A stretch of 12,908 bases of DNA from Octopus sinensis (lineage: Eukaryota), in NCBI RefSeq assembly GCF_006345805.1, contig NW_021826375.1, positions 1-12,908 of the forward strand, written 5' to 3'. The notes under the pieces are model-generated. The model searched no databases, was not told the DNA's origin, and saw only the letters and a list, made by a program, of their open reading frames with translations. The translations under genes and the position numbers were made by a program. Every line of letters begins with the position of its first letter. Position 1 is the first letter of the stretch. Positions 1 through 8,437 of this stretch are shown here, one piece after another.

Positions 1-661
1 CTTTAAATCTCGGTGGGATATTAGTTATATTATCATTTCAATTAAAATATGTGTAGTGCAAGCCACAAGAAATGACTTTGCGTAACTGGAATGGAACGAT
101 TTATAATTATATATACAACAATTAGAAACTTGGGAGCCTCTCACATCTAAAATATGAATCATACATTAATCAACCGTACATTTTAATAAGAGACACTGTG
201 ATGCCAAGTAGCCTAAAACAATTTAAGAAATCGATTATCATTATTATTGTTATAATTTGTTTTGTTGTTTTCGTTTTTAACGCGCAAGCAATTTCCCGCA
301 TACTATTGGGAAAAAATAATGGTACGAAAATAATAAATCTATTAAGAGTGTAGCAACAAATTTTTAGCTGTCTGATATCTAATTATGATAAATAATTAAA
401 TTTCAGGCAGCGAAAACCCATTTCGATGATAGGGATTAAATGGTTGTTAAAATGGTAATATTGGAAACTATACTAAACAAGAGCAGCAGAAGTAATAATT
501 GCTTCATTGGAACGAGGCATTACAGGATTGAGAATGGTTTTAAATGTTACGGTATGAAGATTACTTCACCTATGAGGCCGATTTAGAGAAAGCGTGTAAA
601 ATGCTTTGTTAGGATGCCTTAGCCTTCACTAAGAACCGTAAAAAAATGTAATACATTTGAG

Positions 662-845
662 AACACAGGAGTGGCTGTGTGGTAAGTAGCTTGCTTACCA
701 ACCACATGATTCCGGGTTTGGTCCCACTGCGTGGCACCTTGGGCAAGTGTCTTCTACTAGAGCCTCGGGCCGACCAAAGCCTTCTGAGTGGATTTGGTAG
801 ACGGAAACTGAAAGAAGCCCGTCGTATATATGTAATATATATATA

Positions 846-908
<63 letters not shown>

Positions 909-1157
909 GTGTGGTGTGTTTGTGTGTGTATGTGCTTGTGTGTCTGTTTTTGTCCCCCTAGCATTGCTTGACAACCGATGCTGTGTGTTTTATGTCCCCG
1001 TTACTTAGCGGTTCGGCAAAAGAGAGACCGATAGAATAAGTACTGGGCTTACAAAAGAATAAGTCCCGGGGTCGAGTTGCTCGATTAAAGGCGGTGCTCC
1101 AGCATGGCCGCAGTCAAATGACTGAAACAAGTAAAAGAGTAAAAGAGTAAGAGTAAA
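662..1157 (+). mobile_element. SINE family A, copy 1 (tRNA head + CORE-like segment + internal microsatellite + 3' stem-loop + (GAGTAAAA)n tail)
   Basis: A-box-like TGGCTGTGTGG. The B box is degenerate here (GGTTTGGTCCC vs GGTTCAGTCCC in copy 2). GCGTGGCACCTTGGGCAAGTGTCTT (729-753) resembles the start of the MIR/CORE domain as I recall it. Stem-loop CAGTC-AAAT-GACTG at 1111-1124, then a GAGTAAAA repeat tail. Homologous copies at 1469-1891, 7688-8045 and 10122-10594. No clear TSD. Confidence 0.9.
825..946. repeat. Compound (TA)n-(TG)n microsatellite inside SINE A copy 1
   Basis: Read directly: TA run about 825-888, then TG-rich run to about 946. Confidence 0.95.
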
Positions 1158-1468
1158 CAAAATTAAATGACGGCTAATTTATAAAATCGCTGAAATGAAC
1201 TAGGGCTGGACATGGCAGACATTTATTAATGAATTGTCGAAATATTTGTAGCGAGACTCCTGCTGAGTTTTGAACTATTACTCTCAGATTTCCCCAGTTC
1301 AGGAGTACGAGCTGCCATACAACTATAAAAAGCAATGTACCGCCATGAAAAACATTAATGTCCACGTGAATACGGCTCGAGCAACCAATATTGGCTGACG
1401 TGTTATAGTTAATACGGCAAACTTCAAATGAAGTGTGCGAGTTCTCCGCTAAGTACCTTAATCGAAAG

Positions 1469-1891
1469 TTACTCTCTTTACTCTTTTACTCTTTTACTTG
1501 TTTCTGTCATTTGACTGCGGCCATGCTGGAGCACCGCCTTTAATCGAGCAACTCGACCCCGGGACTTATTCTTTTGTAAGCCCAGTACTTATTCTATAGG
1601 TCTCTTTTGCCGAACCGCTAAGTAACGGGGACATAAACACACCAGCATCGGTTGTCAAGCAATGTTAGGGGGACAAACACAGACACAAAACACACACACA
1701 CACACGCATATATATATATACATATATACGATGGGCTTCTTTCAGTTTCCGTCTACCAAATCCACTCACAAGGCTTTGGTCAACCCGAAGCTATAGTAGA
1801 AGACACTTGCCCAAGGTGCCACGCAGTGGGACTGAACCCGGAACCATGTGGTTGGTAAAGAAGCTACTTACCACACAGCCACTCCTGCGCC
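1469..1891 (-). mobile_element. SINE family A, copy 2 (inverted relative to copy 1)
   Basis: Reverse complement begins GGCGCAGGAGTGGCTGTGTGG and has B box GGTTCAGTCCC. The tail reads (TTACTCTT)n on + at 1469-1500. I count about 11 differences from copy 1 over the ~160-nt 5' part. Confidence 0.92.
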
Positions 1892-2314
1892 TAGAAAACT
1901 TTTGCTAATGGTTACAAAAACTAGCGAATTCAAGCCATGACGAGAGTCGCCCAGCAGTCCACATGAAGCTATGTCGCCTTGCTCAGTGAGATGTTCTCTT
2001 GCCTACTTTTTGTTATTTAACATGTTACATTCGGCAAAAGGTACCGATCGAGAAATTTTGTGTTGGATCATGCACGCATTACTTACATGCAGTAGTTCTA
2101 ACTATTTCTACTTATTCCGGTTTTAATAATCATGAACTACTTTTAAAATCTTCTTTTAGTATCTATCTAATTATGTTCGTCATCGCATTTATTTTGCTCC
2201 TTAAGTCAAATATTTGTGCACATATAGACGTTCTGAGTTACAATAAATGGAAACTAAAAAAAAGTATTAGCGTGGTCTAGCTGGCTACCACATGTCTACT
2301 TAATGTTGTATACC

Positions 2315-2547
2315 TATTTCTTTATTACCCACAAGGGGATAAACACAGAGGGGACAAACAATGACAGAAAAACGTATTAAGTCGATTATATCGACTCCAG
2401 TGCGTAACTGGTACTTATTTAATCGACTCCGAAAGGATGAAAGGCAAAGTCGACCTCGGCGGAATTTGAACTCAGAACGTAATGGCAGATGATAAGCCGC
2501 TAAGCATTTCCCTTGGCGTGTTAACGTTTCTGCCAGCTCGCCGCCTT
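2315..2547 (-). mobile_element. SINE family B monomer with 16-bp TSD
   Basis: Reverse complement head GGCGGCGAGCTGGCAGAA and B-box-like GAGTTCAAATTCC. The central GTCGACTTTGCCTTTCATCCTTTCGG.GTCGAT..A.TAAGTACC domain resembles my recollection of the Sauria/Meta-type SINE central domain. TSD CTTAATGTTGTATACC at 2299-2314 and 2548-2563. Confidence 0.92.
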
Positions 2548-3239
2548 CTTAATGTTGTATACCACCAACGACAAAATAATAACTGAAGACCCGCTACATG
2601 TTAATTCTGCTGCATACATCCGCAATATGAGCGACAACAATTGAACGAAGATGCTGCTAGATTAGTTTCCTAAAGACTGCAAAAGAATCAAAGACGATAA
2701 CGAACGAAGTACAGACATAAATTGAATATAGTTGACAAAAATTGGAAAAATGATGGAAAAATATCAAGAAGGCAGTAGAGAAAGCAATAGCCGATGTCAA
2801 AATAATTCGAAGTATAAATATGTTGTGAAGTTGGATAGTTTTCAAATCAATTCTGTAGGTATTACGTATAGCTGACGATGCAAATAATTTGTGTAAATTC
2901 ACAGCAATCAGGTTGTTCGCCAAATCTCAAATAGCAAACAAGATATAATTTAATGTTATTAAAACTAATAGTACCTTAATAATGTACGCAGAGATATAAA
3001 CGCAATATAATGTCTCGCAGAAACGATATTGAATTAAGGAATTCTGGAATATGAGAAATAAATTCATAATTCCATTTGCAATTGTAACTAAACGGAATGA
3101 GGCAATCGATTGCATATACTCACCACTTTGATAACTTTAAATAACTGAAAAGGTATATGGAAGGACATTGTAGTAAGAAAAATTTTAAAGAATTCTTTCA
3201 AATTATTTCGGTATTTTTTTTTGTTGCTATTGTTAATAT

Positions 3240-3451
3240 CTGTTTCTTTATTACCCACAAGGGGCTAAACACAGAGGGGATAAACAAGGACAGACAAACG
3301 GATTAAGTAACTGGTACTTAATTTATCGACACCGAAAGGATGAAAGGCAAAGTCGATCTCGGCAGAATTCGAACTCAGAACGTAGCGACGGGCGAAGTGC
3401 TTCGCGATACTTCGCCCGGTGTGCTAACCTTTCTGCCAGTTCGCCGCCCTA
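3240..3451 (-). mobile_element. SINE family B monomer with 14-bp TSD and 23-bp internal deletion
   Basis: Homologous to 2315-2547. TSD GCTATTGTTAATAT at 3226-3239 and 3452-3465. Deletion junction at 3308/3309. Confidence 0.92.
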
Positions 3452-3727
3452 GCTATTGTTAATATTGTCTCCATAGATATCATGGAAAGTAAACTTGTTT
3501 TTCATTTATGCTACTGTAACTAACAAATCATTTACATCAGCAGCAGCAATCACAATTAACTCTTTGTCAATTATGGATAACCTGACACTATTTCGGAAAA
3601 ACCTGGAACTGATTAATGAACTCTGTTCATATATTTTACTATTTTATAAATAACTAAGAGGAATATTGGTTGAGTAAATGGGGATATTATTTGTATTTGA
3701 AAGTATGCTAGTAACTGGGGGTGAAAG

Positions 3728-3991
3728 AAAAGGTAAGGTAAAGTTACCTTCTCGAGTCATGTCAAATCACAAGAGCCGGTTTCCTGGTTTCAGTGGCGTA
3801 TAAATTCCCCGCCTGGACGGAACGCCAGTCCATCGCAGGATTTCTCACTTCTGTCGGTTGAGTGAACTGGAGCAACGTGAAATGAAGTGTTTTGCTCAAG
3901 AACACAATGCGTTGTCCGGTCCAGGAATCGAAACCACAATCTTACGATCATGGTGCTGACACCCTAACCACTAAGCCACACGCGCCTCCAC
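3728..3991 (-). mobile_element. SINE family C, copy 1
   Basis: Reverse complement shows A box TGGCTTAGTGG, B box GTTTCGATTCC, CORE-like TGTGTTCTTGAGCAAAACACTT, then CCTGCGATGGACTGGCG and tail ...GAGAAGGTAACTTTACCTTACCTTTT. Homologous copies at 3997-4244 and 6125-6374. Confidence 0.9.
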
Positions 3992-3996
3992 TTAAA

Positions 3997-4244
3997 TGTT
4001 CCTTCTCGAGCCATGTCAGGCTCTTAAGGGCCGGTTTCCCAGTTTCAGTGGCGTAGAAATTCCCCACCTAGACGGGACGCCGGTCCGTCGCATGATTAAT
4101 CATTTCTGTCAGCTGAGTGGACAGGAGTAAGGTGAAATGAAGTGCTTTGCTCAAGAACACAATGCGTTGTCCGGTCCAGGAATCGAAACCACAATTTTAC
4201 GATCATGAGGCCGACACTCTAACCACTAAGCCACACACCTCCGC
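3997..4244 (-). mobile_element. SINE family C, copy 2 (head-to-tail with copy 1)
   Basis: Colinear with copy 1 over its full length, separated by about 5 bp (TTAAA). No TSD found. Confidence 0.9.
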
Positions 4245-4619
4245 TGACGGATAAAGTCCAGATCTGCTAAGGAACATATTTATAAATAGCTTGACATTAT
4301 AGAGTTTAATGAAGTGAAAGTGAAAGTAATAACAGGCAAGTTTGTGGATGGATATTTGAGAAAGCTTAGATTAATGTTCAAACTGAAATCATATTTGAAC
4401 AAAATCGTGACAATCAACGCCGAGATTATTAAGTTACTGAAATATGAGTGTAGTTAGATGCCAAAATAATGAAAAAGAAATTATAATGAACAAAGATTAG
4501 TTTCAATTGAAAACAAAAAAAAAATGACCATTAGAAAGTTATCATTAATCTGCAGTATGTTTCACCTGGAAGACTGTGGTAATCGGTTATGTGTAAAAAA
4601 ACGTCTAAAAATTGTAAGA

Positions 4620-4672
4620 GAAAGAAAGAAAGTAGAGAGAGAGAAGGAGAGGAGTGTGAGAGAGAGAGAGAT
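4620..4672. repeat. Imperfect (GAAA)/(GA)n purine tract
   Basis: Read directly. Confidence 0.85.
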
Positions 4673-5345
4673 TACGATTAAAGTCACAATGATGGCGATA
4701 GCATTTGTTTGAAAAATTGTCTCTGCTACAATTTACTTTCATTAATGTTGTTATATGAAATGTTATGTGCGTTTAGTGAGGTAAGACTTCCACTGTAGCT
4801 ACAACTTTCGTTGCTAAACAGAGACTACAGGATTTCTTCACTTTTACAACGTTACTGTTGTCACTCTTCCAACTTGAAAACTCTGTTGAAGTAATTTTAT
4901 TATATTTGCAATATTACTATTTAAAGAAAGAGAAAAGCACAACAAATATCCATTTTGTTTTAAATACAATATATATCTTCATTCTGTCTTCGTAATAGCA
5001 TTGTATATCTTTTATTCATATTGTTTCAACTCATTATATTTACAAACTTAAATACTAGTTACAAACCTACCTTAATAAATTAAGAGTTATATATGAAAGT
5101 AATAAGTGTAGATGATTTGCGTTGAAAATGTAATGATAATAGACATTTAAAAAGGATAATAACTCACAATAAGATACGAGAAAAATAATGAAAACGATGG
5201 TATTGTCGATGATTATGACGACAACGATGACCATGGCGACAAGTTACAGGCGATTAGTAAAAAAGAACAACAACAGTATTCATAAATGAAGGAAAAGAAA
5301 CTCCAGATTCATGAGGTTTTACTATTTAAACAAAGCTAAAAAGCG

Positions 5346-5752
5346 AGACCTGGATGCGAGACCTGGACACTAAAGAAAGCTGACCAGAAGAGAATTAATG
5401 CATTTGAGCTTTGGTGTTGGAGAAGACATTTACGGATTCCATGGACAGCGACGCTCACCAATGGAGAAGTTCTTAAGTAGATCAGGCCGAAAATGTCGCT
5501 AGAAGCTAGGACCACCAAGTATAGTTTGGCATATTTTGGTCATATTATGCGGAGAAAAATCCCTGGAGAAGGACATCATGCTCGGAATGGTCAGTGGCAA
5601 GAGAGGAAGAGGCCGACCAAGAACCCGCTGGCTTGACACCATCAACAGTGATACCGGAATGGACGTAGCCAGTCTGAAAGAAGCTGCCCAGGATAAAACT
5701 GACTGGAGGACACTGATCCATCGAGTAACCGAGAGTCGACTTCGACTGAGCG

Positions 5753-5797
<45 letters not shown>
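5346..5797 (+). mobile_element. 5'-truncated RTE-clade (Bov-B-like) LINE 3' end; decayed ORF C-terminus plus (GATA)n tail
   Basis: The frame from 5352 reads GCETWTLKKADQKRINAFELWCWRRHLRIPWT...K*IRPKMSLEARTTKYSLAYFGHIMRR. After a frameshift it reads SLEKDIMLGMVSGKRGRGRPRTRWLD...DWRTLIHRVTESRLRLSG*, matching the characteristic RTE/Bov-B C-terminus. In-frame TAG at 5478-5480. The tail starts at the stop codon. Candidate 8-bp TSD AAAAAGCG at 5338-5345 and 5798-5805. Confidence 0.92.
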
Positions 5798-5798
<1 letters not shown>

Positions 5799-6124
5799 AA
5801 AAGCGCCACTAATCACAATGCTCAGTAAAATAATACTTTTAAAATTCGTTATGTGCTATAAAAACAGTATTAGATTAAAACAGCCATTTGAGTATCATAC
5901 TTAATATTGATAGCTTGTGATGAGCAAATTTACCGCGGTATGTGTCCTGAGATAATATTCCATGTGGAGGTGCTGTGTGCAAACATACAAAATACATCGA
6001 AGGCAGACAAAAGTCCCCTTAACAGCGGCTGGTAAGAATGCTCGATGCATTTCTGTCTCATGGCGCTTTGTCAGAAAATACTCCGGATAAATATTGCAGT
6101 GGCTTTGCCTATCGCAATGTATTA

Positions 6125-6374
6125 AAAATAAATAAATGCGCCCTTTTAAAGCCTAGCCAGACTCATGGGTCCGGTTTCCCGGTTCCAATGGCGTATGTGT
6201 TCCCCAGCCAGTCCATCGCAGCGTTACTCATTTTTGCCAGCTGAGTGGACTGGAGCAATGTGAAATGAAGTGTTTTGCTCAAGAACACAAGGCGTCACCT
6301 GGTCCAGGAACCGAAACCACAATCTTACGATCATGATGCTGACACCCTAACCACCAAGCCACGCGCCTCCAACC
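6125..6374 (-). mobile_element. SINE family C, copy 3 with 14-bp TSD and (ATTT)n tail
   Basis: Homologous to 3728-3991, with a short internal deletion near 6205 and a different 3' end. TSD ATCGCAATGTATTA at 6111-6124 and 6375-6388. Confidence 0.92.
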
Positions 6375-6410
6375 ATCGCAATGTATTACCAATAATTATA
6401 TCAATTATAA

Positions 6411-7161
6411 GGCGGCGAGCTGGCAGACATGTTAGCACGCCGGGCGAAATGCTTAGCGGTATTTCTTCTGCCGTTACGTTTTGAGTTCAAATTCCGACGA
6501 GGTCGACTTTGCCTTTCATCCTTTCGGGGTCGATTAAATAAGTACCAGTTACACACTGGGGTCGATGTAATCGACTTAATTCGTTTGTCTGTCCTTGTTT
6601 GTCCTCTCTGTGTTTAGCCCCTCGTGGGTAGTAAAGAAACAGGTATTTCGTCTGCTGCTACGTTCTGAGTTCAAATTCCGCCGAGGTCGACTTTGCCTCT
6701 CATCCTTTCGGGGTCGATTAAATATGTACCAGTTACGCACTGGGGTCGATGTAATCGACTTAAACCGTTTGTCTGTCCCTGTTTCTCTTCTCTGTGTTTA
6801 GCCCCTCGTGGGTAGTAAAGAAACAGGTATTTCGTCTGCTGCTACGTTCTGAGTTCAAATTCCGCCGAGGTCGACTTTGCCTCTCATCCTTTCGGGGTCG
6901 ATTAAATAAGTACCAGTTACACACTGGGGTCGATGTAATCGACTTAATCCGTTTGTCTGTCCTTGTTTGTCCTCTCTGTGTTTAGCCCCTTGTGGGTATT
7001 AAGAAATACGTATTTTACCTGTCTTTACGTTCTGCCGAGGTCAACTTTGCCTTTCATCCTTTCGGGGTCGATAAATTAAGTACCAGCTGCGTACTGGGGT
7101 CGATCTAATCGACTGGCTCCCTCCCTGTCAAAATTTCGGGCCTTGTGCCTAGAGTAAACGA
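6411..7161 (+). mobile_element. SINE family B multimer: full head plus four tandem body units (period 183-184 bp) within one TSD
   Basis: Head GGCGGCGAGCTGGCAG at 6411. Units start with GTATTT at 6459, 6643, 6827 and 7010. The last unit lacks the B box and ends in a distinct terminus (...CCCTGTCAAAATTTCGGGCCTTGTGCCTAGAGTAAACGA). TSD CAATAATTATATCAA(T/A)TATAA at 6390-6410 and 7162-7182 (1 mismatch). Confidence 0.92.
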
Positions 7162-7687
7162 CAATAATTATATCAAATATAATAGCTGTTGTAATAGTTT
7201 AAGTTCCTAAAACAATCAGGCTTTGGCTCTCAAATTGAAGCTAAACTATAAAAATATCGTGCATTCTTGAAATTGATATTCAATATAAAAGGTGGATGAC
7301 CTGGCAGAAAGGCAGTAGATTTGAATGAGCGACTAAAATAGATTTAAATAAATAATTTACCCTAAAGAAAATACAGACGTCGATATTCGTTTGTTAATTA
7401 AAAGCAAACTAGATTTTTAACATAACAGACAAGGCATAAATTTTACATGAAAAACGAATTAGAAAAACTGTAATCTATTTTCAGAATTCAAAATCCACCA
7501 TTCCCGATTTCAAAGCATGTATAAAATAGGATTAAAGACAAATAAAGATAGATGAATTCAATTAAATTCTTAGTAACTAGCATCTACATAGTTGCTCGAA
7601 ATGCTAGAACAGCCAAATCTGCCTCTAACCACATTCTACTGACTTACATAAAAAAAGGACACATTAATAAAGTTCAACATAGTCATC

Positions 7688-8045
7688 GGCATGGCTGTGT
7701 GGTTAAGACGCTCACTTTGAACCACGGTGGTTTCAGGTTCAGTCCCACAGCGCAGCAACTAGTGCGCGTGTCCGGACTGACTAACGGTTTCTGAGTGAAT
7801 TTGGTTGATGGAAACTGTATGGAAGCTCGTCTATCTTTGTGTTTGTGTTTATCACCCCCATATCACTTGCCAACCGGCACTGGCTTGTTTATGTCTCATG
7901 ACTTAGCGGTTCGGCAAAAAAGACAGTTGGAATAGGTAGCAGGTTTGAAAAACATGTGTTACGGACGATTTGTTCAAATAAACCGTTCAAGGCGGTGCTC
8001 CAGCATGGCCACAATCCTGTGACTGAAACAATAAAAGGTGAAAAG
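7688..8045 (+). mobile_element. Older, diverged family A-related SINE
   Basis: Retains ATGGCTGTGTGGTTAAG, GGTTCAGTCCCAC, GAGTGAATTTGGT.GA.GGAAACTG, ACTTAGCGGTTCGGCAAAA and AAGGCGGTGCTCCAGCATGGCC..GACTGAAACA. The CORE-like segment is partly deleted and the internal microsatellite is minimal. Confidence 0.82.
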
Positions 8046-8127
8046 CATACCACTAAATCTAAGAAATAGACCCAACTGGAATAACTTCACTTCTATAGCT
8101 CATTTTATCCTTTTTGTTTCTCATTAA

Positions 8128-8170
8128 ACACACACACACAAGCACGTGCGCGCACACACACACAGACACA
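8128..8170. repeat. (CA)n microsatellite abutting the left end of the mariner fold-back
   Basis: Read directly. Confidence 0.9.
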
Positions 8171-8354
8171 CTAAGTCTGATCAATAAGTATCCGGACTGT
8201 TACCATAGTAAAGAAGCTGAAGCACGCAGAGTGAAGCGGCTTGGCACAGATTGACCTGAACTCTTCTGTGCATGTTTTAACGTTCTAGCTCATTTTCGCT
8301 GCTTACAGCAGTGCTAGGAAGGAAGGTGTGTAGCGTGTGATCGTCGCATTGACC

Positions 8355-8437
8355 ATGATAGAGAAAGCTGAGCAGAAAATCTGCATCAAATTTTGCCAAA
8401 AGCTTGGCGATACCTGCGCAGAGGCCTACGCAAAGTT
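8355..8437 (+). pseudogene. Short mariner transposase N-terminus on the left arm
   Basis: MIEKAEQKICIKFCQKLGDTCAEAYAK resembles the EQRxCIKFC start of mariner transposases. Confidence 0.8.

Noticed and set aside
662-745. tRNA-like heads as functional tRNA genes (also at 2470-2547, 3920-3991 and 6411-6500)
   Set aside because: They lack complete cloverleaves and continue into SINE bodies with tails or TSDs.
1202-1398. Frameshift-joined peptide ICSETPAEF/LNYYSQI...YELPYNY faintly like a casein kinase 1 C-lobe
   Set aside because: It needs a frameshift, has no kinase motifs or splice support, and the similarity is at chance level by eye. A tblastx search would be needed.
2690-3070. WKNIKKAVEKAIADV and KEFWNM wording suggestive of a decayed LINE ORF2 linker
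   Set aside because: There are multiple stops and no endonuclease or RT motif, so I cannot support it without a profile search.
5913-6037. Possible exon (AG at about 5912, open frame CDEQIYRGMCPEII..., donor TG|GTAAGA at 6031/6032)
   Set aside because: The acceptor lacks a polypyrimidine tract and the peptide is unrecognisable. Spliced RNA-seq reads would be required.
6411-7161. Regularly spaced repeat that might suggest a CRISPR array
   Set aside because: Whole 184-bp units are repeated with no unique spacers, there are no cas genes, and the context is eukaryotic SINE DNA.
7291-7310. GGTGGATGACCTGGCAGAA as a decayed family B head
   Set aside because: Only about 19 nt match and no downstream body follows.
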